Assembly: GCA_036517475.1 (NCBI GenBank)
Contig: DATDVZ010000003.1
Span: 56 to 64,055, forward strand
Origin: Minisyncoccota bacterium
Lineage (GTDB): Bacteria; Patescibacteriota; Minisyncoccia; Phycocordibacterales; Zambryskibacteraceae
Reading direction: 5' to 3'
DNA length: 64,000 bases
Every line of letters begins with the position of its first letter. Position 1 is the first letter of the stretch. Below are positions 28,193-38,541 of the stretch, piece after piece. Under the pieces are notes generated by a model. It was not told the origin of the DNA, searched no databases, and was given only the letters and a program-made list of their open reading frames with translations. The position numbers and the translations under genes are program-made.

Positions 28193-28732
28193 TTAAAAAG
28201 ATTTTGCAAGCTCTAAATTTTCTTGGTGGTTTCTGAAAAATCTTTTAGCTATTCTTGCAAGATATTTTTCTTGAATGTCTACGTGCGTGTACAGATAGTA
28301 AATTAATTCCCCCATTACGAAAAATGGGGAATAAAAATCTTTAGCCCCATATAAATTGGCGACTGCGTATATTTCGGGCCAGAGTTTTTTATATAAATAT
28401 TTGAGCCGGAAAATTCTTGTTTGACTAGTAATAATATCTACGGAATCAATTTTCTGCCTTTGCAGTAATTTTTTAGTAAAGTTAATATTTTCAACTGATG
28501 TCACGGCGCGTCCTTCTAGAAGAAAAGGTGTGTGAATTTTACCTTCTAAAAACCTTCTGCCAATTTCTGCTTCGCTTTGGAATTTTTTTTTGGTTTTACC
28601 ACCAGTGATAACCAACAAATCATAATTGTTTTTTTGGCACATAAGTGCTGCCAATTTAAGCCGCTCCTCAAAAGCCGGATGAAGTTCTTTATCACTACTC
28701 GGCCGTTCGCCGTGAACAATTAAAATTCTCAT
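28193..28732 (-). CDS. DUF218 (YdcF/SanA-like) domain protein
   Basis: 179 aa. The pattern ILIVHGERPSS...DLLVITGGKT... resembles the DUF218 fold. Confidence 0.6.
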   Translation of the reverse strand: MRILIVHGERPSSDKELHPAFEERLKLAALMCQKNNYDLLVITGGKTKKKFQSEAEIGRRFLEGKIHTPFLLEGRAVTSVENINFTKKLLQRQKIDSVDIITSQTRIFRLKYLYKKLWPEIYAVANLYGAKDFYSPFFVMGELIYYLYTHVDIQEKYLARIAKRFFRNHQENLELAKSF

Positions 28733-28847
28733 TCGGAGTAATTATTTACTCTGCTATTTTAGTAAATATTAGCTAAAATTACAGACTTCCTTTAATTACT
28801 GACCTAACACATTTTGCTGTGCGCTCGGAAGCGCGATCAAAAGTTAA

Positions 28848-31800
28848 TCAGTATAATGATGGTTTTTTACCTTTAGGATCAACTGGGGTAGAGCCGATTG
28901 TCTGGCAAGGGGTGGAGGGACTATTCCAAAGAGATTGTAGATATTCCGCTGAAGGATCTGTCCCCGCACCGCCACCGCTGGAACCAAAAACTACCGCATC
29001 AATTCCTCTGCCACCTGAACCCCAACATATTTTTACATCGGCAGTTGGATTACTTACCTTAAATTCGTTTGCTTGCTGTTGTGCGAATGTATCATTGAAA
29101 TGACTCTCTCGGCGCCCAAAATTAAAAGAAAGTGTGCTGGTTTCCCCTACGTTACGCACTTGTGGCCCTGGGGCTGTAAACACAAATCCAAAAGGTTCGC
29201 CATTATTCAATGTTGGAGATGCTACTCGTACAAAAGTTCCTCCTGTCGTCGCTCCGGGCACCCTTGTTCCCCAGAAATAAACAGCGTGTAAAGATATACC
29301 ACCTGGTGATGTTGCTACACTAGTTACTGGCACTATATCGGTGCAAACACCGTCCAAACACTTCAGGTCAAAGAAACCGAAGTAGCGAGGTCTCAGGGAT
29401 ATACTAAGATTTACTTTTTCCTTTCCTTTCAAAGAAACTGAGTTTGTCATCGCTGAGGAAATTAAAGACGGCCAATTTACCCCAGAAGCCAAAAGCGAAG
29501 CTGGTGGTGTTTCAGAAACTACCCCCGAAGCTGAGATGTATCTAACTATTACTCCTCCGTCTGATAAGCTTCCCACACTAGCTGTTGTATCTGTTACTGA
29601 AGAAACTTGGGACGAGGAAAGGAATTCGCCTGCGCTCCAGCCATCGGCGCCATTAGCATAATTAACTCTCCACCAAGTGTAACCATCATTTGCGTATGCC
29701 GGGCCTTCCACAATAGTGCCAGTAGAGCCTGCAGATTGAATGCCCAAGAGGTTTCCGGAAATTGATGCACTTCCCCTGACATTCAAGTTGGCGGTGGTTT
29801 GGACGCTGTCGCCAAGGTTAAATAAAGAAGTGGCTGCTCCCTCCACAAAGCCCCCTTGCAATACTTCCACTGAATCAGAACCGATAACTGCGCCACTTGC
29901 GTTCTTGCATTCAATTGTAAAGGTAACCGGAGGAACAAAATACCCCCATCCTTGCACAAGGTCGAGAGTGGGTACAACATTAAATGCACCATAAGTTCCA
30001 GACGATTGATTCATGGTAGTGGCATATGGAGCATTGGGGTTAGTGAATGAGCATTTGCCTCCTACTGGCAAATTAGTGGCAGTCCAAGGAAGATACACAG
30101 ACATCATGCCTGTTTGAGTGCTTGAAAGATAAAGAGGGCCATCAGTAACTAGACCCGGAGATCCTGCATTATATTCTTTCAAGTCAATACTGAATGGCCC
30201 AGAGCTAATTGGAACAACATTGAGAGTAACGGTTTTAGTTGAGTTCGCGCTGCTCGGCTGGGCACTAAAGGTAAAGGTGTGGGCACCGACAGCGCCTCTC
30301 CCTGGTAGTGCAATTACGCCGGACTCTATTCTCCACCCGACAGCAGGCCAAGGAATGGGTTCCCAAGTTAATGCTCCGTCAATACCGAGGCCAGGTGTAG
30401 TGATTTGAGCAGAAGTGCATCCTGATGTAGCCCAATTGAGAGTTGGAAGAAGAGATTGATAAGGGGTTGCATTTGCGGTTCCAGAGAAGTTGGGACCAAA
30501 ACCAAATTGCACCGTGCACGGAACATTGGTCTGGCCAGTAACAAAGACGGTGGCCGTCTTGCTGTCCGTGCTTCCATCAGCACCGGTTGCCGAGAGCGTA
30601 TAAGAAGTGGTGATAGTAAGAGGATAAGTAATAACGTAGCCATTACTAATTGTGCCAACGAAACCTGTAAGATTTCCCGGGGAATTTAAACTTTGATTGA
30701 CAAAGATACCCCCGTTTAGAGTGGCCGATGTGCAATTAGAAGTGGTCCAGCCCAAAGTAGTGCCAACGTTAAATGAAACCGTTGCATAACCAGGAGCAAA
30801 AGCGGTTATTCTGCAAGTTGTTGTAACATTTACAACTACAACTGAGGTAAAGGTTCTAGTTATGCCACTTGCACCTGGGGCTGACAAATTCACACCGACG
30901 GCTACAGTACCTGCCGCAGCTGGCGTTCCTGCAAAATGAATATTTCTCTGGCCCCCGACATTGGTTAGCGTTACGGAAAGCCAGGATGGGGTGCCGGAGG
31001 TTGTCAAAGAAACAGTTCCCGTGCCGGTGTAGGTGTAGGGAACATCGGCGGAGAACGCTTGCCCGACAGTGGTTGTGCCAAGATTAGTGATTGAATTTGA
31101 AAATGAAAGTGTGCCGGAGTTGCAGGCGCCTGCGGCCGTTGCGCTTGTCGATAGAGAATTTGCCGATTCGCCGCCGGCAGAGTTGACTGCTTTTACGGTA
31201 TAGGAGCGGGTAGCGCTAAGAGCCACAGTATCAGAATACGAAGGAACTGATAAGTTTTGCGCAATTGGTGTTGCATTCCCATCACGGAAAACTTTATAAG
31301 TAATACCTGTTCCAGACACAGCGCCCCAGGAGAGATTAATTATTCCCGTGCCGCAGGCTCCGGCTGTGGCGGTCAAGTTTGCTGGCGAAGGGGGCACAGT
31401 TGTGGTTACTGGGTTTATGGTCACGCCAGGTGAAGTTCCTGAAGGTGCAGTACTCCCCGATCCAGCGTAACAAGTCACCGTGTAAGTAGTTGAAACGGTT
31501 GGGGATACTAGTGCTGTGCCTTGTACTCCGGTATAAGGCATCCAGGTAGCTGAACATCTCGTTGCGCTAGATGAGGATGTCCAATCTAAATACCACTGTC
31601 CCACTAGTGGACCCGGTCTACTGGTAAGACTCACGGTTGGGGCAACAGGGCTACCAGCAGGATTAACGACAATTGCAAATCTTCTGGTTACGCTTGTTGC
31701 GTCACTTGCGGAAAGCGTGACATCCAGATAAAAGTTGCCGGCAGTTGTTGGAGTTCCAGTAACTTGAATCATTTTTTGCGAAGCGGTATTTGTAACGGTG

Positions 31801-33467
31801 AGAGCGGCCCATGACTCTGAACCAGAAGATTTGGTTGCGGTAACATTCATACTGCCGTTATAAAGAAAACTAATATTAGTGTTATAACTTTGACCAACAG
31901 TGCCAGCAGGTAATACCAGTTGAAAACCGGTAAAAGAAAGCGTGACGTTAGGCCAGGGAGTGAGGTTTGGAATTTTTATCATACCAGTTTCCGCGCTCCA
32001 CCCACTTGACATTGTGTCATTAGCAACTCGCCAATCCGTCATCCACCAGGTATTCCCACCAGTGGTTACTGGTGTACCAGAAGCAATAGTGCCTTCTGTA
32101 CCTAAATTTAGAGTATAAATAGATATCCCGTTTGGAGTACTGCGAACATTCCACCCATCAACAATAGTTTTCACAAAGTCTCCTAGAGAAAACTTTGCGG
32201 CTGGAGTTGAATTATCAACATTTATCAAAGCGCTTGCGCTTTCAGATTGTCCGGCTGAGTTATAACAAACAGCGCTGTAAGTTGTTGTTTGTGTTGGACG
32301 AACCGTTGTGGGCCCATTGGTTGTTCCTGGTGTTACCCCACTTCCCTGACAATATGAGGCATTTGTACTCGATAAAGTAAGTACCACTGCCCCACCGCTT
32401 GGAACTGAAGTCTTATCGGGAGTAAGACTAACAATAAGAGATTGAGGGTTTGGACTGTTTGGATCAGATATCCCGACACTAACAGTTGCTCGACCCGCAT
32501 ATGTACTACCTACACTTATGTGGCCCAGTCTGGTGACATCAATACAAAACATAGAATAATTTGTTGTTACGCGTGGACTGACCAATCTGGATCCGGCTGG
32601 CATATTAGTTGTATTGCCACTCCAGTTAGAATCAGCGGGACTTGCTGTAAGAGTGCAGTCTGGCGTATCACCATCAAAATTAAAATGTAGAGTGGAAGTC
32701 TGTCCAGCTGATATGTTTGGCTTATCTGGCCAGAGTACTCCGGAAGAGTTACAGCTGATTTCTGAGATTTTATCTAATCTGGTGCGGTCTAGACTGCCTC
32801 CAACAATTGAACCCATTCCCAAATCTTGCAGGAATTTATCAACTGCCATTCTGGTAAGCGGCCCAAACCTCGCAGATCCTGAATTCGCTGACTGCGCAAG
32901 ATCACCAGGATCAATATCCATATAGTTGCGCTGTGTCAGGAAGAGCTGAAGATTCGCCACATCCCGAGCTGTTCTTGGGTCTTGGGTACCGCCACTAGGA
33001 ACAGGGCCGAGGTAAACATAAGCCTGAGGCGAGAAAGTTATACAACTTGCGATAGGGTTAGGATTTGGGTTTGGGTTTGGGTTTGGGTTTGGGTTTGGGT
33101 TAGGATTTGTGCCAGATCCGCAAGAGAGCTCTGTAATTTTTGTCAGCACCCTTTGGTCTGCAAAGCCATATGTTGCCGAACCGCCATAATTTTGAATACC
33201 GTTTGCTTGCATGAAAGAAGCAACTGCTGATTTTGTCTGGTTACCAAAGTATCCAGTTGCACCGGCAGGAATTGAGAATCCTTGTGCTATTAAAAACTGT
33301 TGGAGTTTCTGGACATTAATCCCGCTGTCTCCTGGTCGTAAAGCTGGTATTGAAAAAGTTATACAGCTTCCTCCTGTAGTTTGCGCTTCAACAACAGTTG
33401 GAGAAAAAGAAACAATAAGTCCAATAACAAAAAGCCCGGTTATTAATTTACCGTTAATTGATTTCAT
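28848..33467 (-). CDS. Giant secreted/surface protein (1,537 aa from the signal-peptide Met) with two peptidoglycan-binding-like domains, a (PN)n linker and multiple beta-rich (Ig/FN3-like) repeats; putative adhesin
   Basis: MKSINGKLITGLFVIGLIVSFSPTVVEAQ signal peptide. PG_binding_1-like segments (INVQKLQQFLIAQGF...GNQTKSAVASFMQANGI and LQLFLTQRNY...GPLTRMAVDKFLQDLGM). PNPNPNPNPNPNPNPNP linker. Long S/T/G-rich repeats. The ORF-track start at 33572 adds 35 aa before the signal peptide. Confidence 0.7.
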   Translation of the reverse strand: MKSINGKLITGLFVIGLIVSFSPTVVEAQTTGGSCITFSIPALRPGDSGINVQKLQQFLIAQGFSIPAGATGYFGNQTKSAVASFMQANGIQNYGGSATYGFADQRVLTKITELSCGSGTNPNPNPNPNPNPNPNPNPIASCITFSPQAYVYLGPVPSGGTQDPRTARDVANLQLFLTQRNYMDIDPGDLAQSANSGSARFGPLTRMAVDKFLQDLGMGSIVGGSLDRTRLDKISEISCNSSGVLWPDKPNISAGQTSTLHFNFDGDTPDCTLTASPADSNWSGNTTNMPAGSRLVSPRVTTNYSMFCIDVTRLGHISVGSTYAGRATVSVGISDPNSPNPQSLIVSLTPDKTSVPSGGAVVLTLSSTNASYCQGSGVTPGTTNGPTTVRPTQTTTYSAVCYNSAGQSESASALINVDNSTPAAKFSLGDFVKTIVDGWNVRSTPNGISIYTLNLGTEGTIASGTPVTTGGNTWWMTDWRVANDTMSSGWSAETGMIKIPNLTPWPNVTLSFTGFQLVLPAGTVGQSYNTNISFLYNGSMNVTATKSSGSESWAALTVTNTASQKMIQVTGTPTTAGNFYLDVTLSASDATSVTRRFAIVVNPAGSPVAPTVSLTSRPGPLVGQWYLDWTSSSSATRCSATWMPYTGVQGTALVSPTVSTTYTVTCYAGSGSTAPSGTSPGVTINPVTTTVPPSPANLTATAGACGTGIINLSWGAVSGTGITYKVFRDGNATPIAQNLSVPSYSDTVALSATRSYTVKAVNSAGGESANSLSTSATAAGACNSGTLSFSNSITNLGTTTVGQAFSADVPYTYTGTGTVSLTTSGTPSWLSVTLTNVGGQRNIHFAGTPAAAGTVAVGVNLSAPGASGITRTFTSVVVVNVTTTCRITAFAPGYATVSFNVGTTLGWTTSNCTSATLNGGIFVNQSLNSPGNLTGFVGTISNGYVITYPLTITTSYTLSATGADGSTDSKTATVFVTGQTNVPCTVQFGFGPNFSGTANATPYQSLLPTLNWATSGCTSAQITTPGLGIDGALTWEPIPWPAVGWRIESGVIALPGRGAVGAHTFTFSAQPSSANSTKTVTLNVVPISSGPFSIDLKEYNAGSPGLVTDGPLYLSSTQTGMMSVYLPWTATNLPVGGKCSFTNPNAPYATTMNQSSGTYGAFNVVPTLDLVQGWGYFVPPVTFTIECKNASGAVIGSDSVEVLQGGFVEGAATSLFNLGDSVQTTANLNVRGSASISGNLLGIQSAGSTGTIVEGPAYANDGYTWWRVNYANGADGWSAGEFLSSSQVSSVTDTTASVGSLSDGGVIVRYISASGVVSETPPASLLASGVNWPSLISSAMTNSVSLKGKEKVNLSISLRPRYFGFFDLKCLDGVCTDIVPVTSVATSPGGISLHAVYFWGTRVPGATTGGTFVRVASPTLNNGEPFGFVFTAPGPQVRNVGETSTLSFNFGRRESHFNDTFAQQQANEFKVSNPTADVKICWGSGGRGIDAVVFGSSGGGAGTDPSAEYLQSLWNSPSTPCQTIGSTPVDPKGKKPSLY

Positions 33468-33567
33468 ATGAAAAGAGATAAGGTTTATAATAGTCAATGC
33501 GAACCCGCAACTACTTAAAGAATACCACGGTGGAGAGGTTCTGTGAAAGACCCTGTGGAAAACTTTT

Positions 33568-33640
33568 TGCACGCACTAGGACTCGAACCTAGGACCGGGC
33601 GTGTATAAGACGCCTGCTCTACCAACTGAGCTATGCGTGC
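33568..33640 (-). tRNA. tRNA-Ile (anticodon TAT, i.e. UAU)
   Basis: Reverse complement GCACGCA-TA-GCTCAGTTGGTAGAGC-A-GGCGT-CTTATAC-ACGCC-CGGTC-CTAGG-TTCGAGT-CCTAG-TGCGTGC-A. Confidence 0.85.
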
Positions 33641-33777
33641 GACTCAAGTATTATACTTTTTTCAAGGTTTTTTCAAATAAAATAAGGCTGTTTCTGATAA
33701 ACATGTTATTCAGACCAGCTGAATATTATAATTTTTTAAGCAACTTGAATTTATTATAATAATTGTATAATTAATTT

Positions 33778-34044
33778 ATGAATGAAAACGAACCGCTTAT
33801 TGGCCCAAACGCCTATGGCCGTGAAAGAAATCTAACACCCGAGCAAGTTCGGCTTGTTGATGGCTCTCCTCTTTATCACGCGCTTATGGAAGTTGCAGAA
33901 TCTGGTGTCGCCGATCAAGAAGAGGTACAGAGAGCAAAAAACGAACTACGTGAAATAATTACAACTGATCCTGAAATTGCTCTTTCTTGTCAAGGAAAAA
34001 CTGCAGGGGAGGCACGTGAAATTCTCCGTTCAATTGCAGTTTAA
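33778..34044 (+). CDS. Hypothetical small protein
   Basis: 88-aa ORF with a TTGAAT...TATAAT-like promoter upstream. No recognised motif. Confidence 0.45.
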   Translation: MNENEPLIGPNAYGRERNLTPEQVRLVDGSPLYHALMEVAESGVADQEEVQRAKNELREIITTDPEIALSCQGKTAGEAREILRSIAV

Positions 34045-34067
34045 AATTATTAATTAAAAAAGCCCGC

Positions 34068-34673
34068 TCAAATTAAAGCGGGCCCTTCGATAACACCATC
34101 AAGAAATCCTAACGAAAGTGCTTCCTCGGCATTCATCACCTTCTCTCTTTTGAGAAACTCTTCAAGAAAAACTATATCCTTAAGTTTAGAAACCTTGGCA
34201 AGAATTGTAACAACCTCTTCCCTTTCTCTTTCCACCTCCGCTTTGATATTTGGGAAACGTCCTCGATGAATATCAAGATATTCATCGAGAGTCATTTCAT
34301 GGTGAACGAGTGGGGGCGCTGTATCAAATCTCTCCGGATCATGTATCTGGAGTATTGATTTTGAAGTTGCAAGCCTTACATGACATCCCTGCAGAGCCAT
34401 AAAACCTGCTGATTTTGCCTCTCCCTTAACTATTCCCACAATTCTAACTGGGCTCTTGCTGAAAAGATAGAAAAGTTCAAGACCTGCAGCAGTATGGCCA
34501 CCTTTTGAGTTTACAATAAATCCTATGTCCCCGTCGCCGTCTGATTCCTGAAGTCGCTTTAGCCGTCGGCGATATTTTTCCAGATTATTTAGAATTAGAC
34601 GTCCCTCAACTACAATAGTGCGACTCGGAGGAATCCGATTCGCTACCTCAAGCCAAGTGGCTTGTTCGCTCAT
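34068..34673 (-). CDS. ClpP-class (S14/S49-like) serine peptidase family protein
   Basis: NSKGGHTAAGLELFY...GEAKSAGFMALQGCHVRLATSKSILQIHDP: G-x-A-x-S-x-G and HQP-like motifs of the ClpP/crotonase fold. Confidence 0.65.
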   Translation of the reverse strand: MSEQATWLEVANRIPPSRTIVVEGRLILNNLEKYRRRLKRLQESDGDGDIGFIVNSKGGHTAAGLELFYLFSKSPVRIVGIVKGEAKSAGFMALQGCHVRLATSKSILQIHDPERFDTAPPLVHHEMTLDEYLDIHRGRFPNIKAEVEREREEVVTILAKVSKLKDIVFLEEFLKREKVMNAEEALSLGFLDGVIEGPALI

Positions 34674-34762
34674 CGGACCTCCGTGGTTGTTGATTTAAGA
34701 GCTTGACTTTTTCACTTCTGTGATTATAATAACATCGTGTGATTATTAAGTCAATACTTTAA

Positions 34763-34924
34763 AAATCAAAACATGCCAGAAGAAATGGAAAAACCTTTAG
34801 ATGATGATGTTAAACCGCGAGGAGAATATGAGTATGTTGATAAAAAAGGCGGAGTGCATCACTTTGGTACGCTGGACGAAAGAACTCAGTTTATTGAGGA
34901 TGAAATAAATCCCGATAATCAGTA
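34763..34924 (+). CDS. Hypothetical small acidic protein (53 aa; below the ORF-track cutoff)
   Basis: ATG 34763 ... TAA 34922-34924, translating MPEEMEKPLDDDVKPRGEYEYVDKKGGVHHFGTLDERTQFIEDEINPDNQ. Followed by the hairpin terminator ttaaatcacgata-gta-tcgtgatttaa plus a T tract (34951-34986). Confidence 0.35.
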
Positions 34925-35059
34925 AAGTTTTCAGTAAAAGTTTCCAAAAAATTAAATCACGATAGTATCGTGATTTAATTTTTTTACTTGATTCATTTAT
35001 TATTCTTTGTCGGCTATTTTTCTTTTACCTGAATTTCATGTTTCATGATCTGTGTTCTA

Positions 35060-36991
35060 TCACTTCTGGTGCTCGATGTCTTTTTTCTTCTTAGGAGTTA
35101 TACCGTTTGCAATTAAGATTTTTTCAAAATCATCCCGCTCAATTGTTTCTACTTCAATAAGCCGCACGGCGATATTTTTTAAGGCTTTTTTATGGTCACG
35201 CAGAACTTTCTCAGTGCGAAGAAGTGCATCTTTCATGATTTTAGAAACTTCCTCATCAATTAGAGCTCCCACTTTTTCTGAATAATCTCTTTCATCAAAC
35301 CCCCTTCCAAATATCGGTTTGCCTGCGGGTGTTTCAAGGGCGATAGGACCAATTTTCTCTGACATGCCGTATTTGGTAACCATGTCGCGAGCCAGTGCGG
35401 TCGAGACTTGCAAATCATTTGAAGCACCTGTTGTTAGGTCATTAAAAATCATTTTTTCTGCAACATATCCCCCCAGCGCCATAGCAATATCATCGTGAAA
35501 TTCTTTTTTTGACTGCAGCTTTCTGTCTTCCAACGGAAGATTGAGTGTATAACCCGCAGCTCTACCACGAGAAATTATTGAAATTTTATGCACCGGATCG
35601 GCATACTCTAAAACTGAGGCAACCAGAGCATGGCCTGCCTCATGATAAGCAGTAATTTCTTTTTCTTTTTGTGAAAGCAAATGGCTTTTGCGCTCCGGCC
35701 CTAACATAACCTTTTCAATGGAGCGAATCAGGTCAAATTGAGAAATTTTTGTCCGGTTTTCCCGCGCTGCCAATATTGCCCCTTCATTCATTAGTGAATA
35801 AAGATCGGCGCCGGAAAAACCGGGGGTTCTTTCAGCAACAACTTTTAAATTAACATCTTCTGCAAAAGGTTTAGTGCGGGAATGAATAATTAAAATTTCC
35901 TCTCTTTCATTACGATCAGGCAGATCAATAACAACACGTCTATCAAAACGCCCGGGACGTAGTATTGCTGGGTCCAAAACATCCGGGCGATTGGTAGCCG
36001 CCATAATTACTAGACGTTCATTTTGTTCAAAACCATCCATTTCAACAAGAATCTGATTAAGCGTTTGTTCGCGCTCGTCATTTCCTCCTCCTGCCCCGAT
36101 TCCTCTCACTCGCCCCACAGCATCAATCTCATCAATGAAAATAATTGCTGGTGCCGCCTTTTTTGCCAGCTGGAAGAGATCGCGGACACGAGAGGCACCA
36201 ACACCAACAAACATTTCAACAAACTCCGATCCTGAAATTGAAAAGAATGCCACATTGGCCTCCCCTGCCACAGCGCGAGCAAGTAAAGTTTTTCCGGATC
36301 CAGGCGGCCCCATAAGTAAAACTCCTTTAGGAATTTGGGCTCCGATATCAAGGAATTTTTTAGGATTTTTTAGAAAATCTACAATTTCTGAGAGTTCCTG
36401 CTTGGCCTCTTTTACGCCTGCAACATCAGCAAAAGTAACTCTCTGCTTCTTGTCATCAGGAGATGTTATGCGGGCTTTGGACTGGCCGAATGTAAATGCC
36501 TGCATGCCAGCGCCTTTGACCTGTCGAGATAAATACCAAATAAAGAAGAGAATGAAGAGAATTGGAATTATTATTGGTGCGAGATTGAGAATCCAGTAAC
36601 CAAAACCGCTTTGTCTCTTTACTTCAATTGAGACACTTGAGAGCCTCTCTGCGGTAACTCCGTAGCGTGAAAGCGTTTCCGTCAGGGCCGTACCTTCTTC
36701 TTTTTTTGATTTCTTTTCCTGACCTTCAACATAACTTGCTGTTAGAGTATCTCCTTCCACCACAACTTTGGTCACCTTACCTTCGTTTATGTCATTTGCA
36801 AGAGTGGTAAGGGGGATTTCTTCAGTTTTTTTTCTGCCTTCTGTGATTGCAGAGTAGACCGTTGAGAGTATAAGAAAAATAATAATTACTGAAATTAGGT
36901 TTTTCCAGAGATTATTTCCGCCGGCCGAGAGCTTCGGTCCTTTCTTTATAATCACCTTAAATTGCCTTTTTTTATCAGGTTTTTCCGCCAT
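35060..36991 (-). CDS. ftsH: ATP-dependent zinc metalloprotease FtsH
   Basis: 643 aa. Two TM helices, AAA+ Walker [12 protein letters not shown] region and HEAGHA zinc motif. Confidence 0.95.
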   Translation of the reverse strand: MAEKPDKKRQFKVIIKKGPKLSAGGNNLWKNLISVIIIFLILSTVYSAITEGRKKTEEIPLTTLANDINEGKVTKVVVEGDTLTASYVEGQEKKSKKEEGTALTETLSRYGVTAERLSSVSIEVKRQSGFGYWILNLAPIIIPILFILFFIWYLSRQVKGAGMQAFTFGQSKARITSPDDKKQRVTFADVAGVKEAKQELSEIVDFLKNPKKFLDIGAQIPKGVLLMGPPGSGKTLLARAVAGEANVAFFSISGSEFVEMFVGVGASRVRDLFQLAKKAAPAIIFIDEIDAVGRVRGIGAGGGNDEREQTLNQILVEMDGFEQNERLVIMAATNRPDVLDPAILRPGRFDRRVVIDLPDRNEREEILIIHSRTKPFAEDVNLKVVAERTPGFSGADLYSLMNEGAILAARENRTKISQFDLIRSIEKVMLGPERKSHLLSQKEKEITAYHEAGHALVASVLEYADPVHKISIISRGRAAGYTLNLPLEDRKLQSKKEFHDDIAMALGGYVAEKMIFNDLTTGASNDLQVSTALARDMVTKYGMSEKIGPIALETPAGKPIFGRGFDERDYSEKVGALIDEEVSKIMKDALLRTEKVLRDHKKALKNIAVRLIEVETIERDDFEKILIANGITPKKKKDIEHQK

Positions 36992-37284
36992 AAGTGCAAA
37001 GTAGTATACCCTGTGAGATAAGAACTTACAATTTTTACAATATTTCTGTTAAAACAGCAAAATGTATTTACAAAGCAAGTTCAATTAATTTTATCTCATG
37101 GGGTATAGAGGAATTTGTAAAATAATCAAAATATTAAAAATTTTTGATAAAAAAATCGCCCTTAGCTTTCGGGACGATTGTGTTCACGTAACTCATCAAT
37201 TGTATAAACACCGTTTCTCCAAAGAACTCCTTGGATGAAACAAAGCCATCTTACTGCTTTTTCAATATCATCTCGTCTTACAAA

Positions 37285-37476
37285 TTATCTCATTTGATCA
37301 AGCATCCCCCAACAATGGCCAAGGCTTTCTTGATCAGCCATCAAGGGCAAACAAACATTAAAAAAGCGACTGTGAGGAAAATCTATTTTAGGAATGCCGT
37401 CTTTATAGTTACGAGCCAATTCCTGAAACTTTTTTTCGTAAAGATCAACTACCTGAAGCACTCTTTCAGGAATCAC
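37285..37476 (-). CDS. Hypothetical small protein (ATGA overlap with the upstream lipoprotein gene)
   Basis: 63-aa ORF. Only operon context supports it. Confidence 0.3.
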   Translation of the reverse strand: MIPERVLQVVDLYEKKFQELARNYKDGIPKIDFPHSRFFNVCLPLMADQESLGHCWGMLDQMR

Positions 37477-37862
37477 TTACCACCTCTCAATATGAGACGC
37501 TGAGCAGGAGTAAGATTGTCTAGCAACTTTCTCCGCTCCTCTTCTGTTGGCCCCTTGCTAAGTGAAACGAAGTTGGGATCTAGCATCAAATTACCGTCTG
37601 AAAACTCCATTACTTCAACTTCTTGTGGTTCCAGATTTCGCCCATCCAGTGCGCTTGCAAAGATCGCCTCCTCAGCTGTGACAAAGTATTTGTCTTGAAC
37701 CGAATCCCCGCCCCGCCCTTGAATCTCGACAGCAAAGAGAATCTTCGTCCCAACAAATGTTGCTCCTGGCTTCATAGAGGGATCTCCTAAAAAGGGTTCT
37801 GTGGCTACATTACTCTTTGATAAACAAAAAGCAAGGCATGATAAAATTTTCAGGTGAGGCAT
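37473..37862 (-). CDS. Putative lipoprotein of unknown function. Start set at MPHLKILSC.., which has a lipobox and a GGAG SD.
   Basis: MPHLKILSCLAFC...: signal peptide with an L-S-C lipobox. TTGGAGATAT precedes the ATG. Confidence 0.5.
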   Translation of the reverse strand: MPHLKILSCLAFCLSKSNVATEPFLGDPSMKPGATFVGTKILFAVEIQGRGGDSVQDKYFVTAEEAIFASALDGRNLEPQEVEVMEFSDGNLMLDPNFVSLSKGPTEEERRKLLDNLTPAQRLILRGGK

Positions 37863-37948
37863 ATATCTCCAAAAAAGAAAAGATAATTTTAAAAAACAAA
37901 AAACCACCCCAACTGAATGTTAAGGCGGTTTTTTGTTTTAAGAAAGTA

Positions 37949-38149
37949 TTAAGCTTTCTGCACGTTCACGGCGTTTGGTCCTTTTTCAGATTCTGCTATT
38001 TCAAAAGAAACAGCATCGCCTTCGTTGAGAGAATCGAATTCTACTCCAACAAGTTCCTTGCTATGAAAGAAAAGGTCCTTTCCGCCTTCAGCCGTCTGGA
38101 TGAAACCGAAACCCTTGTCCTTCAAAAGTTTTTTGATTGTACCTGTCAT
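37949..38149 (-). CDS. cspA: Cold-shock protein (CSD)
   Basis: MTGTIKKLLKDKGFGFIQTAEGGKDLFFHSKEL...: RNP1/RNP2 motifs. Followed by an intrinsic terminator at 37901-37932. Confidence 0.9.
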   Translation of the reverse strand: MTGTIKKLLKDKGFGFIQTAEGGKDLFFHSKELVGVEFDSLNEGDAVSFEIAESEKGPNAVNVQKA

Positions 38150-38475
38150 TAATTTAATTTTTATCGTTAAAATACAAAAATAGCGTCTCTAGTCGACTAA
38201 TCTCTATAGTAGCTTCTTTGCACATTAAATATAGCAGAAAAAAAGTTTTAAGTCAAGCACTAAGAAAACATTAAAATAAGGCCATAATCGCTATCAAAAT
38301 TCCCAGAATAACAATAGTGATCTATTTTTGCATTTGCATTTCATTAGATGCGAGGGGATGTAATTTAACGAAGCGGAGGAAATCATCACGCCATCTTTCA
38401 CGGCACTCTGCTCTAAGCATAACCACAATCTCTTCATCACTTGGTTTCAAATGAGATATCTCTTATCCTTTTCAA

Positions 38476-38541
38476 GTTCTAAAAATACATTACATGTTTA
38501 AAAACAAAAACAAGACATGTTAAAATTTTCAGGTGAGACAT
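38476..38541 (-). pseudogene. Truncated duplicate of the lipoprotein gene start (signal-peptide remnant)
   Basis: TTGGAGAGATATG TCT CAC CTG AAA ATT TTA ACA TGT... (MSHLKILTCLVFVFKHVMYF*) copies the RBS and first codons of the 37473-37862 gene. Lies inside a ~55-bp direct repeat (37838-37890 / 38517-38570). Confidence 0.4.
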
